Source: Podarcis filfolensis
Lineage: Eukaryota
Direction: 5' to 3' (one strand)
Length of the DNA stretch: 64,000 nucleotides
NCBI GenBank assembly: GCA_964270895.1
Contig: OZ185440.1
Shown: positions 52,573 to 64,000 of the stretch, in pieces
Layout: each line of letters starts with the position of its first letter
How positions within the stretch are numbered: the first letter of the stretch is position 1
Made by a program: the position numbers and the translations under genes
Notes under the pieces: generated by a model
Databases searched by the model: none
What the model was told of the DNA's origin: nothing
The model's input: the letters and a program-made list of their open reading frames with translations, nothing else

Positions 52573-52821
52573 CAGTCGTACCTTGGATCCCAAACGCCTT
52601 GCGAGTCAAAGGTTTTGGTTCCCAAACGCTGCAAACCCGGAAGTGAGTGCTGCAGTTTGCAAATGTTCTTTGGAACCCGAATGTCCGACGCAACTTCCGT
52701 GGCTTCGATTGGCTGGAGGAGCTTCCTGCAGCCAATCGGAAGCTGCGTCTTGGTTTCCGAATGTTTTGGAAGTCAAAGGGACTTCTGGAATGGATTCTGT
52801 TTGACTTCTGAGGTACCACTG
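52573..52821. mobile_element. Tigger/pogo-type MITE, second family
   Basis: TA|CAGTCGTACCTTGG ... TGAGGTACCACTG|TA. Confidence 0.85.
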
Positions 52822-55800
52822 TACAGCACAAGCTGCTTTTGGGTAACAGAATGTCTGTTCCACAGCACTGAAAAGAACAAACTGTTAAAATCTATGGTGG
52901 CCACTGTAAGCATGAAAAGAGAATCGGCTAGGCATGGCAATTGTGGTTAATCTTGAATCGTTTTGTAAACAGATGAAAGAGGAGATTGGGAGACATTTAA
53001 TGAATACGAAAATTAGTCAAAGCTTTAATAAGGAAAGACACTCAAAAATATGTAATCACATGATGATGAGGGATGATCCAAAGAGCCAAATGATTTTGAT
53101 TTGTTCAACATGATGACATTGGGTTGCAACTATAAAGATTGCTGTGATCCTTTGACTGGTGAATAGAAATCACATATGTAATCTAGAAGTGTATAAAAAA
53201 TATTGTTTTGGCTGTGGTTCTTTGCAGTCTCCTGTCTATTTTTGAGGCTGTCCCTACACACATTTGTATTTCAGTAAAGGCCTATATTTTCACTTGGAGC
53301 CTGCATTTTATTTCTTTTGGGTTTTTGTGAGGGTAACCTCCAGTTTAGGAACCCTCTTTTAAATTTATCCAACACAGCATCTCCCACTGAGGGCAACAGG
53401 TTAGTTTAGGGGCTACCTGGTGGACTGTGTGGCAAACATAGCCGTGATCTGGAACAGAAAGGAATAGCCAGGGCTCAGAAGTAATGGCTATGGATGCTGC
53501 CAGAGCTGTCCTCCAGTATTTGCTGCCTGAGGCAACTGCCTCATTCTGCTAATGATGGGGTCAGCCATAGATCTCAAGATATTAAGGGGATTTAGGGAAC
53601 CACATGCACTAAAAATGTATACATTGTTCATGGACTATCAGAATGAGTGTATATTCTGATCTGGCAGTCAACATATTTTAATATTGCTTCTGTTTAAGCC
53701 GTTCTGTTCAGGCTTTTAATACTCTATTTTTAAGTGAATTGAATTTTTATTGTTGTAAATTGCCTTTCTTATATAAATGCACAAATGTTTCAAAACTCTC
53801 TCCCCACAAATGAAACTTCATGTACATGTCACTGGATCACTCTTCTTGTAATACCACGGATTGATGTATAGCTTAGAAAATTATTTCTTTGTTCTAAACA
53901 CCTAAATTGCCTCTGCTTCCTCTTCATGTAACATGATGTTGGAAACACAGAACATTATAGAGCTGTTTTTAACCTTGTTTTTAAATATTAGTTTTCTTTC
54001 CTCATTGACCTACATATATCTGAAAAAAATAGAAATGAGCAATCATTTTTCATGATGAAGCTTATTGGACTGGATGAAGCTTATTGCTCTATGAAATCGC
54101 TTCCACCTCTAGGACTTTTCCTTCCCTTCTGCCACCCCAAATATGTTGTGGGGGTCCTCCAACCCTCTGGAGAAGAATTTGGGGCACGGGAGGCCATTGG
54201 CGAGAGAAGAAGTAGCAGAAATCCTGTTGCACAGGCAAAAGGCCTTGCACTAATAGGATGATGTTGTTGTATATAACCCATGAATTCTGCTGGTTTTTAG
54301 AGGGGAAAAATGGTGGTGGTACATATGTTTAAATATGATAAAATGGGGGGGGGGGTTATGACCCTTGGTCAATCCTTGGGTTGTTAAATGTGTCTAAGTG
54401 GTGTTATTTGGCATTGTTACTTCAATTATATATTTATGTATTGTTTCAAGAGTGATGCACGATTTTTGAATTATTTTACCTTTATCTGTAGATTTTGAGA
54501 CTGCAGTTCTCATTTTCATTCAGTCAGGATTGTGGGTTATATTTGTTTACACAAAGTAGATACACTGAAATTTATGGCCATGACTACCTTAGGTCCATTA
54601 ATTTCAATGGGTCTACTCTGAGTAAAGGTTAGCTGTTTGTGTTTCTGCTTTGTGGTTCCTTGAGGGGAGCCTTTTGATCTTGGTTTTCTGAAATTTACTT
54701 CAGCTCTTGACCTGCACACTGGGCTAAATGTTAAATTGTACCTAATTTATTTCTTGTAAAACCCAATATGGGAAGATCATTATTTTTTCTTTATTTCATA
54801 CTCCCTGAGAGGCATATTTCCCAAAAAAGATAACTACATTGCTCAAATTATTCTGTTTGCCAACCACTATTAATCTCTTTCACCAAACAACTCTTATTTA
54901 AGTTTGAAGAGGTAGAAGCATACTAAATCTCTTGTTGTAATTAATAACAGCACAAGCACAACTTATGCAAGTTTTGTACATGTAGCCAATTTCATTTTAG
55001 AAGATATTCTTCTAAAGATGCAAATCCTTTCTCACAGCTTCAGGGCACACAGCTGTGCTAGAATGGCTCAGAGATTAAGATCTAGAAGTCACTGGATACA
55101 CTGCGCACAATCCCATCAATTTGATAATAGTTTCTTCCTGAGCAATACTTGGCTACTTACACAACACTTGCCCTCTCTGTGCATTGCAGGTCACTTTTCC
55201 CATGGGGCCTCCACAAACTGAACGCCCTATACGTTTTGTGATGTACAGATCTCATGGTTGAAGCCCATACACATTTGCAATGTATATTTGGGGCTCTATG
55301 TAAATGTGATGTTTTAACATGTGGACATTGTGGGGGTGGGGGTGGGGTGGCTATCCCATCAGAGAGCTACCACAGAAGTTCAGGGTTTAGGACTCCCTCC
55401 CTGCATTTCAGGGGGAGTTTGTTTTGTCCTTAGGGCTTGACAAATATGCCTAGGTGCCGGACCACAAGAGGTGCAGCTTGTTACAAAATGGTCTGGCCTT
55501 AGGTAGGAAGGAGACTACCCCAGAATGCAACTGCTTTGGTCTGATTCATAGCAGGATATGGGATAGTGGAGCCAGAAATTTTAAGTGGGCAGAGTGAAGC
55601 TCTGCAAAGCACGCTCAGGAGCCTTCTAATTTGGAGCTGCCATTACATGAGGTTGGCTGGTTTTCTTTTTCGTGTACCTCTTGGTTCAGCTCAGAATTGA
55701 GAAAAGCATTTTAAATCCTTTGCCCTAGAGGAGGTGACTTACCAAGGTGTGCTGGCTTGGTTACTGCATTTTTATGTAAATCTTCCTGCAGGCAGCTGCT

Positions 55801-55824
55801 TCTGCTGTCCTGGGGTCTGCTGGG

Positions 55825-55960
55825 ACATAACAAGAACCAAAGAAGAGCCCTGTTGAATCAGACTAGAGGACTATCTAGTGCAGCATCCTTTCTCCCACCA
55901 TGGCTCAACAGGTGCCTATGGGAACCCACAAGCAGGACATGAGCAAAGTAGCACCTCTGG
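55825..55960 (-). mobile_element. CR1-type LINE 3' end fragment
   Basis: AAGAAGAGCCCTGTTGAATCAGAC...ATCTAGTGCAGCATCC; inverse of 14270-14450. Confidence 0.6.
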
Positions 55961-56399
55961 CTGTTGTTTTCCGTGTGTGTGGCAAGAAACAATAGTGACT
56001 TATCTCAAAGAGCTTAGATTTCGGTTATCTCCAGGATCAGAGGCAGCTTGTCTCCGAATACCAGCTGATGAAGGAGATCTCAAAGGAGTTGTGCCACTCA
56101 GGGGCAGGAGGATAAGACTTACAGCAAGGTTTAAATGTGTATTCTATTGTAAACACACACACCACAAAACCTGTGCCTTTTTAAAGCATGTGCTGTGCCT
56201 ACTTATTATTTCACTGATAGCAACTATAGCAATAGAATCAATACAAGTCAAAGCAGTTCATCAGCAAATACACACTGAAAGGGAGTGGAGAAAAATCTAC
56301 CCCTCTTACCACCTTGATTGTGAATTTGACTGGGTGTTCAATGAAGTTGTGAGATAATTAAGCTATGTTAAGCGGTCTTGAACGTGCACACTAGCGTTT

Positions 56400-56615
56400 C
56401 TTTACTTATTTATTACATTTATATCTCACCTTTCCTTCAAGGCTGCTCAAGGTGGCATACACAGTTCTCCCCCTGCACATGTTATCCTCATAACAACCCT
56501 GTAAGGTAGTTTAGGCTGAGAGACAGTGCCTGGTCCAAAGTGAGCTTCATGGCTGAGTAGAGATTTGAACCCCGGTTTCCCCAATGCTCTTACCAACTGC
56601 ACTGCCTCCGGCTGA
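56400..56615 (-). mobile_element. tRNA/CORE-type SINE
   Basis: Reverse-complement of 50811-type body; GATTTGAACCC B box; TTTATT tail. Confidence 0.75.
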
Positions 56616-58158
56616 ATCAAAACATGTTTGATAAAATTTGTTCTAGTTTTTTGCAGCAAGTAACCACTATTTTACAGAGACGTTGCTGTGTGGCAGTTTT
56701 CCAGATTCACTTTGTGCGTGGTGTTTGCTACAGGTGTTGGGGGTCGATTTTATCGGGGGAGGGAAGGGAGACAGCAGTCCCCTCCCTGTCAAGCAAGAGA
56801 AGCTTTGCAGGCATTTCAAATGAGCTGACATTCTTCTACCAATTCACTTGTTAGCAGGTGCAACGGTGAGGAATGGGCAAATCACTTTGCTGAAGTGGGA
56901 AATGGAACAGCAGTACACTATTTAATCCCAGCTGTGGTGGAGGCAAGCTTTGTCAGCATCTCCTGCATGAAGCTCCAAGGTGGGAATCAAATCCAAGACC
57001 AGGTGGCAACCTTCTCTCTCACCAGCAAGAACCTACGGTAGGTGCACTGAATGAGCCCTGGCAGAGCAGCAGTGGGCTTTGGTGTCTCAAATTTCAACGG
57101 TGCCCTGTGCAACACCAAAATTTGGTGCCCCCACCTCTCGCCTTCCATTTTACATTACAGTTGTGAGGCCCCGTGCGCAGTGCAACTGAACTGGTCACGC
57201 TCCCCTAAATCTGCCTATGGGCAGAGGATCCTCAATGATCCGTAGCAGATTGTGGATGGCGGCAGTTTCAGTGCCCTATCATGCCAACATGATTTGAGAA
57301 GAAGGTGGTTCAGAAAGAGCTGCTGCTTTGCCTTTAGGCTTTCTGAAGCGTTAAGAAGCATCTATGCCTTTTCTAATTCCAGTGCTGAGATTAATGTCCT
57401 CATCCTCAGGCCCTTGCACACAGAGGTAGGCTGTCTGCACAGAAGGGCACGCAAAGATCTCTGGGTTCTCACGCGTGGAACAAATTCATGCTGGGTTGGG
57501 TAGGCCCAGGAGGTACAGCCCATTTTGAAAGTTCAAAAAGTCTCAGAAACCTGATTGTTTTCAGAACCTCTCCAGGTCATCAAGACCGCCAGGTTAAACC
57601 CTGTTGCTTAGCCTTCTAATGCCATCTACTGGTGGTTCCAAGAGAAATCAAAGAAGTTCATGTCAGCAACTGCCATACACTCTCAAGGCCACTTTGCATG
57701 CTATATTTTTATGACTAATACTAATACCACATTGCAAAATATTGCAATAGAAGGTTTGATACACACTGCTACTCACCAGCAACATTATGGGAGGTGGTTC
57801 AGTTGTGGCCATGTCTATCTCACAGAGTACAATACACTTTTTTGTGTTTATTTCATTCATATACCACACTTACCTTCCAATGAATGTAACTAGTCACAAT
57901 AGTCCTGTATCAGGAAAATGTGGTGTTGGGAGGAACATTCAAGTAAATGCTTCAGGAGCAAAGCTTGCTGTTATCCAGAATGTGTGTAATTCTGAAATGT
58001 CCCATGAACTGTAAGGGCTGGTTCACATAACACATTTTCCAGATGCAGTACAGGCTTTCCCCTAGAAAAATAACCTTCCTTATGCATTCAGTGAGAAACT
58101 GCAGCTACATGTTGCAGTCTGTAGTTCTGAGTTCAAGATTCCAGCCATTCTGTTCTTC

Positions 58159-58277
58159 TAGGCTTGCCATACGTCAGGAAAATTCCTGACGTCCTGGTTT
58201 TTGGGTGTAAAAATGGGGTCAGGGGAATTTTGCCAAATTTTTGTCAGGAATTTTACTTTTGAAATATGGCAACCCTA
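58159..58277. mobile_element. Short hAT-like MITE
   Basis: TAGGCTTGCCATA ... TATGGCAACCCTA inverted ends; TSD only partly matching. Confidence 0.6.
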
Positions 58278-59047
58278 GAATCTTCCCTTACAACAGGCTG
58301 CATTGAGTATAATCAGTACTCACTGAACTATTTTAGAAGGCCCAACTTCCAAAGAGGATTTTTTAAATAAATGCTTTTTGCACTTCTGCAAAACCTTCCG
58401 TTTTCCCCAAGCCTGTTGATACTTCAACCTTGTTTATAGGTCATGCTGTTGCCATACTCAATGGCAATCACAGCCTAAAGGAAATGCAAATCTCCATATC
58501 CGATTTTGCAAGCCATGAGTTGGTTGGGAAGTGATTCATGTGCCCGTCTCAATAAAATCTAGAGAGATGTCATTGGAGTGAGTAAATGTGCATTCTGTAC
58601 TTGACCTCCTTTGTAATGTTTTGCTTTAAAATCTTTAAGATAATATTTTAGTTTCCTGTTACAGTGGTGCCCCGCGAGACGAATGCCTCGTAAGATGAAA
58701 AACTCGCTAGACGAAAGAGTTTTTCGTTTTTCGATGTGCTTCGCTAGACAAATTTCCCTATGGGCTTGCTTCGCAAGACGAAAACGTCTTGCAAGTTTGT
58801 TTCCTTTTTTGTAAAACCGTTAATACCCAGCGTGCATTGCTTGAAGAGGTGCAGTTGCGACTTGAACTTCGAGGAGCAACACATAGCATGCGGTGTGGTA
58901 GCCTTTTTTGAGGTTTTTGAGGACTTTGCTGATTTTTGAAGCTTTTCCAAAACTTCTTTTGCATCCATTTGGTAAGTTAAACTTTTAAAACTTTTTTGGG
59001 GTTTTTTGGATTTTGGGTTGGGGTGTTTGGAATTCAAGGACTTGGTG

Positions 59048-60140
59048 TTGGGGAGAGGTTTGCAAGAATCTGGGAGCTTGTGTGGTTTTTTTTCTGCATT
59101 TTTATGATTTTCTGTGACCATTGGGCCATGTGGTTTTTTTTAAAAAAAATTCTGGGTTTGAATTTCTGTGTGGTGGGTGGCTGGGGGAACAGTTGGGGAG
59201 AGGTTTGCAAGAATCTGGGAGCTTGTGTGGGTTTTTTTTGAATTTTTATGATTTTCTGTGACCATTGGGCCATGTGGTTTTTTTAAAAAAAAATTCTGGG
59301 TTTGAATTTCTGTGTGGTGGGTGGCTGGGGGAACAATTGAGGAGGGGTTTGCAAGAATCTGGGAGCTTGTGTGGTTTTTTTTTAATTTTTATGATTTTCT
59401 GTGACCATTGGGCCATGTGGTTTTTTTAAAAAAAAATTCTGGGTTTGAATTTCTGTGTTGTGGGTGGCTGGGGGAACAGTTGGGGAGAGGTTTGCAAGAA
59501 TCTGGGAGCTTGTGTGGGTTTTTTTTTTAAATTTTTATGATTTTCTGTGACCATTGGGCCATGTGGTTTTTTTAAAAAAAAATAATCTGGGTTTGAATTT
59601 CTGTGTGGTGGGTGGCTGGGGGAACAGTTGAGGAGGGGTTTGCAAGAATCTGGGAGCTTGTGTGGTTTTTTTTTAATTTTTATGATTTTCTGTGACCATT
59701 GGGCCATGTGGTGTTTTTTTTAAATTTTTCTAGATTTGAATTTCTGTGTGGTGGGTGGCTGGGGGAACAGTTGGGGAGAGGTTTGCAGGAATCTGGGAGC
59801 TTGTGTGGTTTTTTCCTGCATTTTTATGATTTTCTGTGACCATTCGGCCATGTGGTTTTTTTAAAAAAAAATTCTGGGTTTGAATTTCTGTGTGGTGGGT
59901 GGCTGGGGGAACAGTTGGGGAGAGGTTTGCAAGAATCTGGGAGCTTGTGTGGATTTTTTTCTGCATTTTTATGATTTTCTGTGACCATTGGGCCATGTTG
60001 TTTTTTCAAAAAATTTTCTGGGTTTGAATTTCTGTGCGGTGGGTGGCTGGGGGAACAGTTGGGGAGGGGTTTGCAACAGTTGGGGAGGGGCTGGGGGAAC
60101 AGTTGGGGAGGGGTTTGCAACAGTTGGGGAGGGGTTTGCA
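59048..60140. repeat. Tandem array, ~144-bp unit x7, ending in ~20-bp sub-repeats
   Basis: Unit starts at 59048, 59193, 59337, 59480, 59628, 59771, 59915, partial at 60059; short CAGTTGGGGAGGGGTTTGCAA repeats to ~60140. Confidence 0.95.
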
Positions 60141-60460
60141 ATTTCTGTGTGGTGGGTGGGTGGCTGGGGGAACAGTTGAGGTTTTTGAAGACTTTAGTGA
60201 TTTTTAAAGCTTTTCCAAAACTTCTTTTGCAGCCATTTGAGGATGTTGAAGACTTTGGTGATTTGCAGCCATTTTGTAAGTTAGACTTTTAAAACTTTTT
60301 TTGGGGGGGTTGGATTTTGGGTTGGGGTGTTTGGAATTCTAGGACTTGGTTCTGTGTTTGATTTTCTGTGTGGTGGGTGGCTGGGTGCTTTTGAATTTTT
60401 TGGAAGTGAAGCACTGATTTTTTTTTTCTTTTTCTGAGTTTACGAAGGAGCTGTGCTGCC

Positions 60461-62162
60461 ATGGGACCCAAGAAGACTGCTGCTGCAGAGGCCGGCGAGA
60501 GGAAGAAGGAGAAGGTGATGCTGGAAATGAAGAAGGAGATCATCCGGAAGCACGACGGTGGAATGCGTGTGACAGACCTCGCCAGGGAGTACGGCAGGAA
60601 TCCATCAACCATCGGGACCATCCTGAAGATGAGGGAGAAGATCCTTGCGATGGATGCAGCCAAGGGAGTCACCAGGATCATGAAGAACCGCCCAGCTGTT
60701 CTGGAGGAGGTCGAGAAGTTGCTGCTCATCTGGTTAGAAGAGAAGCAGCGTGCAGGGGACACAGTGACTGAGGCCGTCATTTGCGAGAAGGCCAAGGCCT
60801 TGCACGCAGACCTCGTCCGGGGACAGCCAGGAACCTCAGGCGAGCCAGAAGTCTTCAAGGCAAGCAGAGGTTGGTTTGACCGGTTCAAGACAAGATCTGG
60901 AATCCACAGCGTGGTCAGGCAGGGAGAGGCTGCCAGTTCTGATGTTCCTGCGGCTGAAGACTTTGCAGCGGAGTTCCTGGAGGTTGTGAAGACGGAGGGC
61001 TACGTTCCACAGCAGGTCTTCAACTGCGACGAGACCAGGCTGTTTTGGAAGAGGATGCCCAAAAGGACTTTCATCACTCAGGAGGAGGCCAAGTTACCTG
61101 GCCACAAGCCCATGAAGGACCGTCTGACCCTGCTCTTCTGTGCCAACGCAAGCAGCGACCTGAAGATCAAGCCCCTGCTGGTGTACCACTCGGAGAACCC
61201 ACGGGCCTTCAAGAAACACAAGGTTGACAAGGAGCAGCTAAGTGTCATGTGGCGATCCAACAGCAAGGCTTGGGTCACACGTGTGCTGTTTGTGGACTGG
61301 GTCAATCTTGCTTTTGGCCCTGCTGTCAAACAGTACCTGCTGGACAACGACCTGCCACTGAAGGCTTTGCTTCTGATGGACAATGCTCCTGCTCATCCTA
61401 AAGGCCTTGAGGAGGACTTGTTGGAGGAGTTCAGCTTCATCAACATCATGTTCCTGCCACCTAACACCACGCCACTGCTCCAGCCGATGGATCAGCAGGT
61501 CATCGCCAATTTCAAAAAAACTCTACACCAAGGAGCTTTTCAGGCGATGCTTCGAGGTGACTGATTGCATCACCATCACCCTGCGGGAATTCTGGAAGGA
61601 CCACTTCGACATCGTCACCTGCTTGAAGATGATCACCACGGCCTGGAACGGGATCAGCCAGAGAAATTTGAATTGCGCTTGGCGCAGCCTGTGGCCAGAC
61701 TGTGTGGCACCAAGTGACTCTGATGCACCAGAGTCAACAGTGGTGCAGGACATTGTTGCCTTGGGGAGGACCATGGGCCTGGAGGTCACAGAGGAGGACG
61801 TCAGCGAGCTGGTGGAGGAGCACGACCACGAGCTGACCACCCAAGAGCTGGTCGAACTGCAGGCAGAGGCTGCGCAGGAGCAGGCCTCGCTGGAAGAGGA
61901 GGAAGCAACTGAGGAACGGCTGTCCTCCAAAGAACTGAGGGACATTTGCCAGAAGTGGAAGGATGTGCAGGCTTTTGCAGAGCGGCACCACCCTGACAAG
62001 GACCTGGCACATGACCTTGGGAACACTTATGATATGAGGGTCATGTCGCCCTTCAGGGAGGTGCTGAAAAGGCAGGTGAAGCAGCAGACCATGGACAGGT
62101 TCTTCAGCAAGAAGCAAAGAGTGGAAGAGGAACCTTCTTCGAGTGGTCCCCCAGAGTCTTAG
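60461..62162 (+). pseudogene. Tigger (TIGD1-like) transposase, 566 aa if one A is removed from the A7 run at 61514-61520
   Basis: N-terminal HTH regions (KKEIIRKHDGGMRVTDLAREY; ASRGWFDRFK), DDE_1 motifs VFNCDET, LLMDNAPAHP, LQPMDQQVI with DD36D spacing; ORFs 60461-61564 and 61383-62162 join as NFKKLYTKELF. Confidence 0.93.
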
Positions 62163-62615
62163 AAAATGTACAGTACACTTTGTTGATTTTTAAATGTTTT
62201 TCTGTCATGTTTAGAAACTTAATTTATTTTTCCTTCAATTTTTGAACTGCTCTTTACAGTATGTGTGACTTTAAAGAGCAGTTAATAAACTCTTGTTGTA
62301 CGAAATTTGGCTTTGTTTGGACTTTTTTTGACCATAGGAACGCATTAATTGAATTTCAATGCATTCCTATGGGATTTCGTGCTTCGCAAGACGAAAAATT
62401 CGCTAGACGAAAAAACTCGCAGAACGAATTAATTTCGTCTTGTGAGGCACCACTGTAGTTATGCTGCTTTGAATATATCCTTTATATTTGACTTTCTTCT
62501 TTAATGTTTTATTCTAGATTGCTTTAGAATAATATTTGAAAGGACCCCAAGGTTCAGCTAGTCCAACTCCCGGAAATACAAGAATTATGCTCTCTGTTTA
62601 ATGTTGTAATGTAGC

Positions 62616-63020
62616 TGTCAGGGAACTGCCATCGGAACTAGCGGAGGAGGCGAGGCTCCACAGTGATGCTGGAGAGGGGCCAAGCAGGGAGAGAGGCAGG
62701 TCTCCGGCTGGGGAAGAAAATCAGCGCAACACCAGGGATAGAGGGGGGCCAATGGGGGAAGCAGAGAGCAGGCTCCGGGACTCTTCACTGGACACCAGCG
62801 GGGAGAGCACAGGTCCTCCGCTGCCCACACCCACCCTGCGCAGAAGACTTCCGCGCAGGGAAAGTAGGCGGCGACTTGGCGTCAAATAACTTCTTTGCTG
62901 GAAGAGGTTTAAGAAACGCCCACTGACGGATTCTGCCAGCGACTGAACAGCCACGGAGTGGATGGCTGTCCAGCGAGAAACGGTTTAACCAGCCAACCTA
63001 GCCCAGAGCCGCGGTAAATT
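62616..63020. mobile_element. Possible solo LTR-like fragment
   Basis: Abrupt GC/CpG-rich block starting TGTCAG; no TSD or PBS verified. Confidence 0.3.
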
Positions 63021-64000
63021 ACACACAAGCAACCCCAAAAGCCATTACAGTAGCTTAGAAACTGCTTTGAGATTTTTTTCTTAAAAATATAAAGCAGTAT
63101 AGAAATTTAATAAACAAACAATTTATCAGAAAAGCTGGTATACTAGTAAGACACAAGGCATTAATCAATATGAAGCATCTCTTCTGAATCTTTAGTATCT
63201 TATGACTTGGTCGCTGTATGAACCCAGACTATAAATGACAAGGCATTCTTCCCCCTCTCGTCTTAGATCAAAGGAAAAAATATTTCATAACACCAGCTAT
63301 TCCAAGTGTTCTGTTCTGCAGAATGGACCAAAACAAGGAAAGAGACAACAGGATCATACAAATAACTGTGACTTCAAGGTTCCAGGGCTAAAGAGCACAG
63401 GTGCAGACAGCATGCAAATCTGAAGGATGTTATCAGCTTCCTGTCAGTCAGAAAGTAACTCATTTACCAGAGAAAGAACATGTCCAGAGCCACAGGAAAA
63501 AGATCTTCTAGCAGGTATAGATGATATACTGTTAAGGCCTGCCAATTTATGACTAGGTTTGTGTTCATAACAGCAAACAGCTTTGCTGGGGCTGGACTAC
63601 GGTGCTTCATTTTCTCTCGTGCCTTGCTACGGTGATAGTACACAACATCAAAAGACAGGCCTTCCAAATAATCCAAGTCATTATTGCCTTAATATCATGA
63701 AAGGCTTCATGTTTTCTTTAATGGGAAAAGTGTTTGAGGCTTTCAGGATAGGAGGTATGTGGATATACAGGGAATCAAACAAGCTGAAATCCTAATAGGC
63801 ACACTTAATTGGAAGCTAAATATGCAGAGGACCAAGTTTTGCATGGTTTTAAGTAACAGAGGCAGTTGAGTTCAGCAGCAATATAGGTGCACCTGTCCAA
63901 GTCCTGTGGCTCCTGGGTAGCAGCCAGTTATTGGCACCAGGAATAAAACCAGACTCCACCAGGCCTTGAAATAGCCATGGTCTGTACCACAGCCTACAAT

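Larger units (their letters stand above)
58662..62455 (+). mobile_element. Complete Tigger/pogo-family DNA transposon (3794 bp)
   Basis: TA|CAGTGGTGCCCCGCGAGACGAA ... TTCGTCTTGTGAGGCACCACTG|TA (19/22 TIR match), repeated subterminal TCGCWAGACGAA motifs at both ends, transposase ORF, AATAAA at 62284. Confidence 0.95.

Noticed and set aside
59048-60140. Regularly spaced repeats as a possible CRISPR-like array or repeat-protein ORFs
   Set aside because: Whole units repeat with no unique spacers; the ORFs are broken by variable homopolymers; eukaryotic context.
60461-62162. Domesticated TIGD gene
   Set aside because: Intact TIRs, TA TSD and subterminal repeats show a transposon copy, and the ORF is frameshifted.

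Overview
Eukaryotic, repeat-rich, gene-poor DNA from a squamate reptile, probably a lacertid lizard (inferred from its Sauria-type SINEs, BovB/RTE, CR1, L2 and L1 content). No known host protein-coding gene could be recognised. The only long ORFs belong to transposons: (1) a full-length 3.2-kb BovB/RTE LINE with one nonsense codon, nested inside a Sauria SINE that also carries a second, inverted, 5'-truncated BovB; (2) a complete 3.8-kb Tigger/pogo DNA transposon (58662-62455) with a DD36D transposase broken by a single extra A and an internal ~144-bp x7 tandem array upstream of the ORF. A CpG-island promoter at ~22.4-23.2 kb appears to drive a spliced minus-strand transcript (two well-formed non-coding exons; later coding exons are speculative). 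The rest is old LINE fragments, tRNA-derived SINEs, and many hAT, Tigger-like and Tc2-like non-autonomous elements, several with readable TSDs. I see no convincing new biological system; the best leads are the satellite-carrying Tigger and the doubly BovB-invaded SINE forming a ~600-bp inverted repeat. Family names come from recalled consensus features, not database searches.
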